The notes beneath the pieces were generated by a model that ran no database searches, had not been told where the DNA came from, and was given only the letters and a program-made list of their open reading frames with translations. The translations under genes were made by a program, and so were the position numbers. Below are positions 50,638 to 64,000 of a DNA stretch of 64,000 nucleotides, piece by piece (position 1 is the stretch's first letter; each line of letters starts with the position of its first letter). The stretch is from Octopus sinensis (lineage: Eukaryota): NCBI RefSeq assembly GCF_006345805.1, contig NC_043005.1:33046001-33110000 (forward strand), given 5' to 3'.

Positions 50638-53337
50638 GCAAAGTCAAGTCCTTCCTTCGGAAGTACCACTCCGGAAACATACTAGTGATGGGTGATTTTA
50701 ACCTCCCTCTTGTGAACTGGCCCACAAATACTCCGAAGTTAGGCAAGTGCTCTACATCAGATAGGGCAGCAGCATAACTGCTCTTTAATCTGATGGATGA
50801 GTGTTTCCTGACTCAGCTAGTGCTTGAACCAACGAGACAGAATAAAACGATCTTGGATCTGGTATTGACCAATCACTCTAGCTACGTTCACAGCATTTCA
50901 GTCGAAAAAACTCTCCTCTCAGACCACGACATGGTACTCTGCAATCTTAATTCCCGACATATAAAAACCAAACCAGCCAATCCCACTCCATGGCACCCAT
51001 TTGACAACATAAACTTCCACAAAGCGGACTGGGGAACAATCAGAAAGGATCTGTCTTCCATCGACTGGTCTTTTACTCTCAATTCCCTCATATTGAGACC
51101 GCGTTGCAGCACTTTGAAACCATTGTCACCTATACATGCTCTAAACACGCTCCCAAGAAATCTACTAACACAAACAGAAACCGGCTCCCTAAAAAGAAAA
51201 AAACACTCATCAGGCGCATCAAAAGACTCAACAAAAAAATCAACCAATTAAAATATTCCCACACACAACATCCACATTCAACAACAATGAAAAGACTAGA
51301 GCTGGAAAAACTTCATCTGCAGACTAAGACTAACATGAAAACTTCCATTGAAAATCAAAGAGCTGTGGAGGAACAATGGGTAATCAAAAACATCAAACAG
51401 AACCCAAGTGTTCTATTCTTATGCAAATAAGCATAGAACCACTGTCTCACCCATTGGGTCATTGATTGATGATAACGGCATTCCCCAACACGATGCTAAA
51501 GAAATGGCAGAAATACTGCAGAAACAATACTGCTCTGTCTTCAGTGTTCCCACTGATATTGATGTGAGGGAAACGAGCGAAGTTGACTCCCAACACAAAA
51601 TCGCAGACATAACCTTCACTGCCACCGACATTGTAGCAGCAATAAATGAGGTCAAACATTACTCTGCTGTAGGCCCTGATAGATTTCCCGCTAGTCTCCT
51701 GAAGGAATGTAGATATCAACTTGCAGTCCCTCTGACCAACCTCTGGAGAAACTCGTTAGACGCAGGTTATATACCGAAACAGTTTCTATCCCAGTCGGTC
51801 ATCCCGGTTGGTTTTCAAACAGGGAAATAGATCCCTCGCAGTCAACTATCGCCCAATCTCACTCACCTCCCACATCATTAAAGTGTTTGAAAGAGTGTTA
51901 AGATCAAGGATAGCTGACTTCCTGGAGACCCACAAACTCCTAAATTCAAATCAGCATGGCTTTCGCTGTGGCAGGGACTGTCTAACACAGCTCTTACACC
52001 ACATTGAAGATGTACTCAAAGCCTTGGGAACAGGTTCGAACTCTGACGTCATATATCTTGACTTCAGTAAAGCGTTCGACAGGGTAGACCATAACATCCT
52101 ACTCTCAAAATTGGCAAATGTTGGAATCCGTGGAAAAGTTCTACGCTGGATTCAGTATTTCCTGGCGAATAGAACACAACATGTTGTAGTTGATGGAGTC
52201 CACTCAAACCCAGCAAAAGTCACCAGCGGTGTTCCCCAGGGAACTGTTTTGGTCCGCTACTCTTCATAATTTACGTAAACGACCTTTCCAGTGTCGTACA
52301 TCACTGCAAAGTGAAAATATTCGCTAATGACACTAAGCTCCAGCAAATCGTCAATGAAGAAGCAGACCGAACTCAACTCCAGTCTGATCTATATGCTGTG
52401 AGTCAATGGGCAGACAGAAACAAAATGCAACTGAATGAGGGAAAATTTGAGCTGATGCATTTTGGAAGAAATTCCTCACTAAAACAACCATACTCTCTTC
52501 CTTCAGGGGAACCGCTCACAGCCTCTAACAATATCAGAGACCTGGGTGTAATTGTTGATGACGATCTCAGTTGGAGTGCACACATCAACAAGAAGGTCGA
52601 TATAGCTCGTAGGATGAGTTCCTGGATCTTAAGAACTTTCCGGTCCAGAGAACAAGGTGTCATCATACCACTTTTTTCCTCCTTTGTACGGCCACACCTT
52701 GAATACTGCTGCCCACTGTGGTCTCCTCACACAAGACAAAACATCTCCAGAATTGAGTCACCCCAGAGGGCTCTCACTAAACAAATTGAAGGCATGGCTG
52801 CTCTCGATTATTGGGATCGCCTTAAAGCCTTGAAACTTTACTCCCTCCAGCGTCGCCGTGAGCGGTACATCATTTGTACGATGTGGAAAATATACCGCCA
52901 ACTTTGCCCAAACGACCTAAACATTAGCTTCAAGGTTCATCCGAGACTTGGACCACGGGCTATACGTCCCCTGCCAAATTCAAGATCACAACATACATGT
53001 ACACTGCAACATAATTTCTTTTCCTCAACAGGCCCTGCCCTATTTAATATTGTCCCGAGGGAGATCAAAGAGGAAAAGGATCCCATCAACTTCAAACAGA
53101 GTCTGGATAGATTCCTTCAAAGAATACCAGATAAGCCACCCATAATTGGATACAACTCACCCAACAAGAACTCACTACTTGAACAAAACTGGATACAACT
53201 CACCCAACAAGAACTCACTACATGAACAAAACTTGACTTAAACAGGATTCGAATAATCCTATCAGGTGGTGCTATTAAGTTAGACATGGCCTGGACCAAT
53301 CTCTGGTCGAAACATATCTAAGTTTATCTAAGTTTAT
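50638..53337 (+). mobile_element. Young CR1-group LINE (second family), 5'-truncated in the endonuclease, with a (CTAAGTTTAT)n tail
   Basis: MGDFNLP, LSDHDMV, NYRPISLTSH, QHGFR, YLDFSKAFDRV, GVPQGTVL, FANDTKL and LYSLQRRRERY. Five overlapping ORFs. A 43-bp tandem duplication lies at 53147-53232, and (TA)n flanks both ends. Confidence 0.95.
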
Positions 53338-53339
53338 AT

Positions 53340-53474
53340 ATATATACATTCATGTATGTCATATTTATGTAACGCACGCACTCATTATTTTTTTACCTAT
53401 TTGTAAAAATTTTCTTGGAATATTTTTGTATCACTCTGTCTGTTTCCTTTACTTTGGCTTCTCTTAATTTCCTT

Positions 53475-53529
<55 letters not shown>

Positions 53530-54030
53530 GTCTTTCTCTGTTACCCTTCTTCCACTATCACCTGATCCGTAACAGCTTAAGACGATGTCATTCCTTTTAA
53601 CGTTGCCTTCGACCGGACTAGTCACAATTTGGGATCCTCGCTGTACCCGTCCCGTGTCAGTAGTCTTTTAGGACAGCTTTCATTTCTCCTTCGCGTTACC
53701 CATATTTGTCTTGTCTTGCAGCCCTAACGCTTTTTGCTTTGCTGTATATGTATTATTATCATTTTAATTGTTGTCTTCGTGTGGATCTAAGCCTTTATTC
53801 TGTTTATTGTTTGGTCCCTCACCGTTCACTTATGGTCTCGTCTTGAACCCGTCTCGTTTTTTTTAATTTTTTGGTTCCATTCCCGGTAAGTTTCTTGCTC
53901 GTGCCGCCTGAGTGGAAGCAATACTATCGATAATGGTCGAAATTGCGCTTGACGCTTTGGCCGATAACTGAAGAGGAGTTGGTGACCATCTGGGTTCTTT
54001 ATTCGTTTGCGTATTTAGTATAGTTTCTTT
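53340..54030 (+). repeat. Non-coding repeat family X; partial copies at 49915-50070 and 50327-50482
   Basis: cattcatgtatgtcatatttatgtaacgcacg... is near-identical at 50327 and 53346. tatcgataat.g.cgaaattgcgcttgac...ccgataactgaagaggag is shared at ~49970 and ~53925. Confidence 0.75.
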
Positions 54031-54042
54031 TTAATTATATAC

Positions 54043-54087
<45 letters not shown>

Positions 54088-54119
54088 TGTGTGTCTGTGT
54101 CTGTGTCTGTGTGCGTCAC

Positions 54120-54314
54120 TGTGTGTGTGTTTGTCCCCAACATCGTTTGACAACCGATGCAGGTATGTTTACGCCCGTGTAACTTAGCGGTTCGGCAACA
54201 GAGACTGATAGAATAAGTACTAGGCTTACAAAGAATAAGTCCCGGGGTCGATTTGCTCGACTAAAGGTGGTGTTTTAGCATGGCCGCAGTCAAATGACTG
54301 AAACAACTAAAAGA

Positions 54315-54380
<66 letters not shown>

Positions 54381-54510
54381 GATATGTTTATATATATATA
54401 CATATAGGTATATATATAGGTATATATATATTATATATATATATACCTACAGAGGTATGTTATATTTTCCGTTTGTTTTCTTTTTAAATAATCCTGAATA
54501 CATATATATA

Positions 54511-54572
<62 letters not shown>

Positions 54573-55086
54573 CATACATATATACATACATACAAGCAGG
54601 CATGCATACACACATACATAAATACATACATACATAAATACATACATACATATATACATACATGCATATATATATATATGTATATATGTATGCATTTATG
54701 TATATGTGTATGCTCGCAAGCATGTATGTGTGTATATACATATATATTCTTTTACTTGTTTCAGTCATTAGACTGCGCCCATGCTGGACCACCGCCTTAA
54801 GTCGAGCAAATCGACACCAGGACTTATTCTTTGTAAGCCTAGTACTTATTCTCTCTATATATATATACATCTTTATAGTCCTCCCTGTAAAAATACAAAT
54901 TGAAAGAAGTCTGTCGTATATGTGGTTATAGGCCTGGTAAGAAGTTTGCTTCTCAACCACATAGTTCCGGGTACAGTCCGACTGCATTGCACCTTCGGCA
55001 TGTTTCTTCTACTATATCCTCGGGTCGACCAAAGCCTTAAAAGTACATCTGGTAGACAGAAAAGGAAAGAAGCCCGTCGTATGCAC

Positions 55087-55132
<46 letters not shown>

Positions 55133-55325
55133 TGTGTGTGACAGTGTTTGCTCCCCACCATTGCTTGACAATAGCTGTTGGTGTGCTTATGCCCCTATAA
55201 ACTAGCGATTCGGCAAAAGATATCGATAGAATAAGTACCAGGCTTTAAAAAAGTACTGGGGTCGATCCATCCGACTAAAAATTCTTCAAAACTGTGCCCC
55301 AGCATGACCGCAGTCTAATGAGTCG
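54120..55325. mobile_element. Cluster of three SINE family B pieces (54120-54315 +, 54748-54852 -, 54920-55325 +)
   Basis: Family B tail and head sequences are recognisable in the pieces. Confidence 0.8.
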
Positions 55326-55624
55326 CTCTCTTTTTTCTTGATAATCTTTGCTTTTTCAGATTCTCGCATAAACATTTATTAATATAACCGAATGCATCAA
55401 TTATTATTTGCATAATTGTGAATTTCTAGACAGTTTAAGGAAGTTAGAGATTTCGAAACAGCTATTCATAAATATTCCCCTCGCTGATTTTGGAAGAAAT
55501 GCTCAGATATGAGTATCTTGCCTTTCTCACTAGCTATTTTTTTTAAAATTTCCGCCTCAAAGAATAAAATCAGGTCTCTATTTGTACATACTCTTTTGCC
55601 CTCGTTTTTATATATGTGTGTGTG

Positions 55625-55936
55625 CAGTGGCAGACTGGGTCTAAAAATATTGGTTGCCAGGAGACTAAGGGCGCCCACTCGCAGCTACAAGGGGGCCCAA
55701 CCGCAACTACAATGCTATCATTTAATTTTTTCTTTTTTTTTTGTTAAAAGTATTCTTTTTAACTGTCTACAAACACACTCAGGCTGAAATAATTAATGCA
55801 TTCTTCCAGGAGTGAATAAAAAAAATCCTCAAACTTGAGAGGTGGGCCCCTTAGATACTAACATGGGTCCCCATATATGGATTCTAATGGCACTGGGACC
55901 CACTTGCCACCGAGCAAGCTGGCCAGTCCGCTACTG
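55625..55936. mobile_element. hAT-type MITE
   Basis: TIR cagtggcagactgg / ccagtccgctactg. The 8-bp flanks are tgtgtgtg and cgcgcgcg. Confidence 0.65.
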
Positions 55937-56186
55937 CGCGCGCGCGCGCGTGTGTGTGCGTGCGAATCTGAACAGATAACACCTAATTATAGAGTAGCAA
56001 TTACTTATTGGTTTGTTTACATAATAATTAATTGATTAATTGTAGTTTCATTTGTAATTAGAAGCTTCAAGAAAAGAATCAGTAAACAAGAAATGGAGCC
56101 ATAAAAATAAGACTACAAAGAAAATATGTAATATGTGTGTATGTGTGTATGTTCGTTTGTGTTTGTGTGCGCGCGCACGCGTATGT

Positions 56187-57480
56187 ATGTAAAGAAATTG
56201 CTTAGGGATCCGATCATTTTCTATCCTGACAACGTAGTCACTTAACCGTAATCGTTGCTGAAGTACTAAAGACACTACACTAACAGACAGACTGTATTCG
56301 AGGACTTCAACATCACTTACATTTTTCATCGAATACCCAGTATACGGCTGAAATTATGGACGAAATTACCCCCAGCCTTTTCATATTTCCGATTAGTAAC
56401 TTGGGTTTCTGATGCATATAACAATGAAGACAAAACACAAGTATTGTAAACCTTCAGCTTTGTCTCAATTGAAATTCCGTGCTGAGATCATAAATGTCTA
56501 TCCAATTTTCTGAATGCATCAGCGACTTTCTTGAATGGGAGGATTTCATCATCAAGAGTATTTACTGCCTAAATCTACGAATTTATCCTCATCCTTCAAT
56601 TTTTGTCCAGCCATATACCTGCTTGGCTCAGAGTAGGCTTTACCGAGGGCATGTTGGTACATTACAACTGACTTTTACAGGCTGGTTGTTAAACCCATTG
56701 TACTGCATACTGTTGTGAAGGGGTCCATAAAATACTGCATGTCACTCTGGGAAATGGCGTTACAGGAAATCGCGTACTAGTATTGAGAAAAACTTATATT
56801 CGATATCTAACCCGTTGTTCTGAATCTGATGTACACCCCAAGTAAGCAATCCTCGAAAGCCGCCAAGAAAACCATAGTAAGATACAACATGAACGAAGTT
56901 AGTGCTAGTATATCTCCTTCCTTAACACCAGTTTCAACCAAAATTGGATCATAGACTTTACTACCTACGTTGACAGATGCAGTTTAAAAGCTGGTACATC
57001 TTCCATTCCCAGAATAGAGTCATCAGGATCTTCCAAATAAATAACACTGCATATCTTTCATGCCTTCACTTCAGGAATAGAGCCTCACTTCTTTGAGCGC
57101 CCCACCAATATTTCATCTACTTCACTGAAACAACCTTTTCCTTGTGTAACAGCGTTGGATTGCCGGGGGCTCTGCTGTTAGTTTGATGTTATATGACGAT
57201 CGTTATTGGGAGCAACATACCAGACGACAGAGAAAACTGTTCCCTACAGGAGCAACACGGTTACTTCTATTCCTTGTTCTGAATAATTTCAGAATCCAGT
57301 GAGCTATCTTAGTAATATGCAAACGGAATGGTACATTGTTCGTCATGTGCATTTTCAGATTGTACATCGATTACGACTCTGAAATTGCTATAAACCTTAG
57401 TTTTGTGCATTATGGTTACAATCTGCTTGGCTGATAGCACAGTACTTTTTCAACATTGCACTGCATATCGCTTTCTTGAG
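56187..57480 (-). mobile_element. RTE-BovB LINE reverse-transcriptase region, degenerate
   Basis: GVKEGDILALTSF, GVYIRFRTTG, KFVDLGS, TKLKVYNTCVLSSLLYASET and VVRIENDRIPKQFLY. Confidence 0.8.
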
Positions 57481-58019
57481 TTTATATTTCACCGTCGGCT
57501 GGTGCACAACAACGATTATAAGTTGATCCAAAAGTACAATGGTAAAATAATACTCCTAAGATTACCTGATGAAAGTTAGTAAACCTTTCGTATCTCACTA
57601 CCTTATCGGATCAACTCTTTAAGCTGACAAAGTTTCATATTGCAGCTAGCATGAATTATGTCAAGTTTCTTACATCTTTATACCAAAGAAGTGAAACAAA
57701 TTATTAATCCACCATTAATATTAATGCGTTTATTTACATAATTTAACTTTGTTATTTTGACACTTTTCAAGTCAATTAATAAAACTTAGCCTACATCAGG
57801 GCGCTTAAATTACGGTTTTTGACATAGAGTATATAACCTGCTTACTGAAATGTTTTCATTCAAACCACTTGTGGACCTCAGGATTTAATGAGAATCTTCT
57901 AAAACTGCAATAATTGCATTATGATATAACATCAAAGAAATAATAAAAACTGATAATTAGCCGGCTAAACTGGTCTCCTTTATTAATGAGCGCCATAAAT
58001 TGTTTTATTTGTTCTCTAC

Positions 58020-58076
<57 letters not shown>

Positions 58077-58449
58077 AACATATATATATATATACAAACA
58101 TATATATATATATAATATATATATATACATATGCATTTATTATACATGTGTGCGTATATATTTATATATATACATATAAGTGTTTATTTGTGTGTACAAA
58201 CACATTTATTCATATATGTATACATATATGCATGCATATATGTGTGTGTGTGGTCTGTGAGTGTGTCAGATACATGTTGGATATGCATAAAAAGCGACAA
58301 CGCCCAATGCTGGGTTAGCAGAACTTAACCTACCTATACATACACAGACGCACGCAGAAGTACACACAGGTATTAACATAAATGTGTATATGTATGTTCG
58401 CGTTTGTGCGTGCATGTGTGTGTGTGTGTGTGTGTGTATGTGTGTGCGA

Positions 58450-58536
<87 letters not shown>

Positions 58537-59156
58537 AGCTAATAAGAATAAAACAAAGGAGCTGCTCGTTTCTAAACAGAATTATTTGATTTCGTTGGCG
58601 GCTGAAACTTCAGAATATGATACTCCGAGTCTCTCAATTCTGATCTTCGGTCAATCTCGAAACACAAGAAAGATGCATGAAAGATAACATTGAAGATATT
58701 TGAATATCTCGATAGGGTTTAACTTGATGAAAATGAAATAAAAGTGTATTATTGTTACATTGGATACAAATTAAATGAAAAAAAAACTGTGTAGGGAAGT
58801 GTTACTAATCAGAGAAGAGAAAAAAAGAAGGAAAAGAAAAGAATAAAGGAACCAAAAGCATTGCTAAGTGTATATGTGCATATACGTATTTACATATATT
58901 TGTATATATGTGTCTGGGAAAATAGAAGTTTTAAAAAAATTCCTGCGTATCGTTACAATGGAAATTGTGTGTGTTTATGTGTGTGTGTGCACGCGCGCAC
59001 GCGCAGTATGTGTGCGTAAGCACAGTATGTGTGTGCACGCGCAGTTACTGTACATGTATGCGCGTGTGTGTGCGCGCGCGCCGTGTATGTTTGTTCATAA
59101 AAATATGTAAAAGAGCAATTAGGAAAGCAAATAAACAAATGAAATATAAGTACATA

Positions 59157-59676
59157 CCGTAAATCCTCGAGTATAATCCGCATTTTTCCCTAAAATTTAA
59201 AGGTCAAAATCCCTAGTGCGTATTATACACGAGGTTAAAAATGAAAATTATTTTGTAAGCAATGTTCAAGTCTCTATTTGCTGTCCGGCAATGTTTATTC
59301 AGACACATTTTGTGATGTCGGGCGCGATAAAACCTTACGCTAAGCCTGAAAGCAATGAAGTCATAAAAGAATCATCCATAACTTGCAGTAAGCAACATCT
59401 ATTAAACGTTATTACTGTTATTACTATTATTTCTTTATCTTCTGCAAACAAAATGCACAAAAATGCTACACGTTTGCATTATGTTATATATACAATAATA
59501 ATAAAGGACATTACCGTATACAGTTTTACAAACCAAGGACGTTATATAGAACTCCTTGACTGAAGTTACAGAAGAGGTGCGTATTATACACAAGGTTTAG
59601 GTTTTTCAGAGGTACAGCTCCCTAAAAATCCCCTGCGTATTATACTCAAGGGCGGGCTATACTCGGGGATTTACGG
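59157..59676 (+). mobile_element. Tc2/pogo-type MITE, copy 2
   Basis: ta|ccgtaaatcctcgagtata...tatactcggggatttacgg|ta. Confidence 0.92.
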
Positions 59677-59789
59677 TACTTATATTCTATGAATGGATAT
59701 GTGTACGTAAACTAGAATTTATTCTGTATGTATGTATCGTGTGTTTGTGTGTGTGTGTGGGAGGGGGGTTGGATGGCCCTCCTCTCTTT

Positions 59790-61225
59790 CACTGTAATCA
59801 TCATCCGGAACTTTGCTCACACCAGACTGTGGTCTGTCCAGCATTCCGATCCACGAAAGATCTCGAAATTGCAAATGTCATAGATGTCACACTTGCGAAT
59901 GATAACATAATCCAGCATGTGGCAACTTTAGACCTTGGATGCATCCACGTTTTTGTGTGATCGCTTTTGTGCATAAGATGAGTGCTTGCGATGTAAAGTC
60001 CATGTCATCGCACAGCTCCAGCAGCATGAGACCATTGCTATTCATTTTCCCTACACCAAAACGTCCTAGAGAGTTCCATGTTTGCCTGTCTGTTCCAACC
60101 CTGGCATAGAATGACTTTATCAGAATTGGGGATTTCCCTAAGTATGGCTCTCAGCTGGGTATAAAAAATAGTTTTATCTTCATCACAACTATACAAAGAA
60201 GGCACTCATTAGAGTAGCAAACCGGCCACCTTTCAGGTGGAATCGTAGAGTCATCAGACGTTCATTTATAGGAACAGGAAGCTCCTCCAACTTCTTAAGG
60301 ATATCATATCGAACTACAAAGACAACACCAGCCTCTCTGCGCTCCTCCTTCTGCCTCCCCTGTGATGAAGGTGATGGTCAGCATGAGAAACCAGACCATC
60401 ACCTTCTATATGAGTCTCTGAAAGAGCAGCTATATCAATGCTATAGCGGTTCAGCTCGCGGGCAACAAGTGTAGTGCGTCTTTGAGTCCTACAATCACTC
60501 TTGTTATCCAACAGAATGCGCACATTCCAACATGAAATGTTCAAGTTCCATCCAAATTCTGTAAAAATAAATAGTCTCTTTGATTTTCGAGGACTTCCGA
60601 ATAAAAATAAAATAAATATATACTAAAAATAAGGATATATATATACTGAAAATAAAACAAATATATATAGGGGAGAAAAGCAGCACATATCGTGCAGAAG
60701 TCAGCAATGCCTGTACAGAGTTTTAGGTCCAATAAGGTTTGCACGACACCTCATAGACCCTCCCCACTCTATTGACATTATCCAGTGACAAGCAAAGCGA
60801 AATGTCTGGTGCCAATACGAGTCACAGGCTCAGGGATGTGGGAGTTCCATGATTTCTAGCTCAAACCAAAGATCTCAAAATGTCCAATGCCACTCCCTGA
60901 ATATCTGGTTTTATATCAGATATGCATGTCCCTTTTCCAAGGGACATGCTTTAACAGAAGCTGAGAGGTGCCTCACTCCCAGTGCTCTTCTAGCACGCAG
61001 AACACCATCCCGGAATTTCTGCGAACCCGTACTACTGCTTGATAGCCGTTGACCCTGCACTAGGTTCATCCAACCGTTCAACAGGTCTTGTTTGTTATCT
61101 TGCTGGGTTTCTAGCAACTCTCCTCACCAGGGTAGCCTGGTAGAGATGCCGGTTTAGTCGCCGACAACCTGACTATGCAACAAGTTGTACTGGATTCCAT
61201 GTTACCAGTAGCACCTATGAGATCC
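59790..61225 (-). mobile_element. RTE-BovB LINE 5' UTR and APE endonuclease, degenerate and collinear with 56187-57480
   Basis: WNVRILLD...RRTTLVARELNRYSIDIAALSETHIEGDG, DEDKTIFY and KTWMHPRSK. A GC-richer putative 5' UTR spans 60690-61225. Confidence 0.8.
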
Positions 61226-61262
61226 TAAGTGATCTCTCTCTCCCTCTCTCTCTCTCTCTCCT

Positions 61263-61294
<32 letters not shown>

Positions 61295-61739
61295 AATAGA
61301 TGAGTGTATTTTTACCTTGTTAACAATTAACACGGAAAAATAAATAAATAGTTACCAGGGCAGCAAAAATCTCACAAGTAAAGATGTTGTAACTCCTTGT
61401 TTATAAGTAGTCTCTATCATTATATAGAATTTAAACTTTAATTTCCTTTATATTTAACATTCACTATTAATATCCCTACTCTTTCTGTTAGCTGCTTATG
61501 ACGTTATATCATATAACGTTTTTTTAAACAATATTAATAGCGTTCTGTCTATCGCTATACAAATCCATCATTTTTTGCTAAAATGTCGTATTGACGAGTT
61601 TCGTTTTTTTCACTTTCCCGAAGAGAAGATTGCATTGTTTATACCATTTATTCTTTTGAATAGTATCAGTGGAATTTTCGAAACATGTGTAGAAAGTAAA
61701 AATACTTGTTTAAACCTGCGTTAACTCCATTTTTTATTC

Positions 61740-61779
<40 letters not shown>

Positions 61780-62139
61780 CTACCAGGATATTTAAACCTC
61801 TTATGGGGATAGTTTTATACAAGATCCCCTAGTTTAATATATTATATTTTGAAGAGTGGACAAGGATCCACATTATAACAGTAGCTACGAGGATATAAAC
61901 AGTTCACGCGGACAACGTAAAAAAAGTTTTTTTCACGTGGACGACGTTGAATATTTTTTCACGTGGAGAAAATAAAAACTTGACAGAGAATTACCAAACA
62001 TTTATGTTGTATATATTTCATCAAAAATCCGTAAAATTATGGAAAACTTGTTAGAGGGTTTAGTTGAGTTGTGAAAACAGCAACAGCAACAACTCAAAGA
62101 ACAACAAGAACAACAACAAATTTTACAGCAATAAACATT

Positions 62140-62880
62140 CACATTTTCTGCCACAACAATACTTGCTGCCTTGATCAAATTATTTGTTTCTGTGATATTT
62201 TTTGTTCTGATGTATTTCAGAATTTCATTCACATTTTTCGTTTCTTGGTTCAGTTTCCACCGATCAACATTTTTAAGGTTGCAAATAATGTTGCTATCGT
62301 TCTCCTGTAGTCTTGCCTTTATTCTGTCGTAGATTGCCTTTTGCCCATCTGCCATGTCACCATTAGTTTTATTGTCTTCTTCCAAACCATCTATGTCTCT
62401 CATCGAGCAAGCTATCACTGTTCCTTTCCTGTGGTTTATTAGAAATTTCATCTCTATTTTCTGCTATGAGATTACTTTTATCAGTAGGAACTGTACTTCC
62501 ATCGTTTCCTCTGCTGCTGTTTTCTAATACTCGTCTTTTGATAGCTTTGAGCTCTACTTCTGTTAGCCAACGATTTTTTCTTATTGCTCTAGCTTGATCA
62601 CATAATCTCTGTTCCGTGAGTTGAAACAATCCTCTTTCTCTCCATTGATCATACATACGTTGTCAGTATCCCCTAAGATGAACACCCTTTTCGTCTACGG
62701 CAATGCTCAGGTAGTAACACTCCATGACCACAGCATTGATTTGTCTGTTCCATCTATGCTGTGTGTGCTGGTTCCTTGCTGAATAACGCCAGGCTGGAGT
62801 TGAAACCAGTATCTCTGAGCCTGCCAGGTGTAACACTGTCACGATCAAGGGCTTCAGTTTCATTACCACCGTTATTCACA
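62140..62880 (-). mobile_element. R4/Dong-clade retrotransposon N-terminal fragment
   Basis: [48 protein letters not shown] and ITETNNLIKAASIVVAE. Confidence 0.8.
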
Positions 62881-63494
62881 ATATTTTGTTTTTTCATTGT
62901 CACTCATATGAGGTAGCAATTATCAGGTTGCGCAATTACCAGTGTTTTTATTGTGACACCATCATCAGATGTATCATCAAATAGAGCATAGGAAGATTCC
63001 AACCGCTTCCTTTCATTATTATTATCATCATCACTGATATTATTTTAATTTTTTCCTGCTATTTGTCATTGTTAATAATTCCTCTGATCTGACATGAGTT
63101 TTGGCTTAATTATTATTATTATCATTATTACCACCATTACCATTATTACCATCATTATTATTATTTCCATTTATTATTAAAAGGTATTATTGAATGTTGT
63201 TTAGTTTCAACTTTTGTCTTGTACTTGAGATGATCATAAATATATGAATGTTTAAGTGAATAGTTGGAGCAAAATAGACAGCTTGGTGAAAATATTAAAT
63301 TCCACAGGTCTATAAATAGATTCGGCAGATGGTGAAGAGATCAGCAATGGGCATTCCTGTGCGATAAATAGACAAAAGTGGCCGGCAGAGGTCAAATCTG
63401 TTTACTACTACTAGCGATGAATGAGAGCGCTGACTTTGGCTTTGAAGAGAATGAAGTCATCTTAATCTATTTTTAATTACTGATAGAAAAAATA

Positions 63495-63600
<106 letters not shown>

Positions 63601-63790
63601 GTGTGTATGTATGTATAGATATAGATATACCTATAGATATAGATCGCTCACCACTAAACCATTTCATACTTTCTCTCCCTGTTTATTTGTGTTCCTTTCT
63701 GTCGAAGAGCGTAAAAGACTTTATCATTTCCTGAGCATTAAACTGATATATCTATTTCTTGTTTTTTGTCTTTTTTTATGTAAATTCTCA

Positions 63791-63828
<38 letters not shown>

Positions 63829-64000
63829 TATATATATATATATATATTATATATATATATATATATATTATATATGTCGTCATCTGCGACGATACTTCCG
63901 TCGTAACTGCTATCCTGTCTTTTCTCGCCCGCCTTCTAAGGCTACTGGTCGACATTTTTTCTCTCTCGTCGTCCACTATAATCCAGCATTTGCAATACTT

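Noticed and set aside
53900-53975. ctgagtgga...cgaaa / ctgaagagg in family X as a hammerhead
   Set aside because: The boxes are in non-canonical form or order, and I could not build helix II in either copy.

Overview
AT-rich eukaryotic DNA saturated with microsatellites and made almost entirely of transposable-element remnants. The SINE families, repeat content and a divergent 28S fragment suggest an octopod cephalopod (inference). No host protein-coding exon could be supported. Nearly all ORFs in the track are translated microsatellites or TE fragments. Contents: two long, young CR1-group LINEs (8.3-11.8 kb and 50.6-53.3 kb) plus older relatives; HERO, R4/Dong and RTE-BovB LINE remnants; two DD34E Tc1 elements (one with IR/DR ends), a DD37D maT element and a mariner fragment; pogo/Tc2-type and hAT MITEs; two Helitron pieces; three tRNA-derived SINE families; and a 28S rRNA 5' fragment. 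The most notable observations are: (i) several fold-back elements carrying degenerate minimal hammerhead-ribozyme motifs; (ii) a 28S fragment that looks circularly permuted; (iii) a SINE family sharing its 3' tail with the CR1-group LINE; (iv) a conserved CCCH zinc finger in that LINE's ORF1; (v) possible (TA)n targeting by these LINEs; (vi) a Dong element possibly split by 14 kb of nested insertions. All calls are by eye; no database searches were run.
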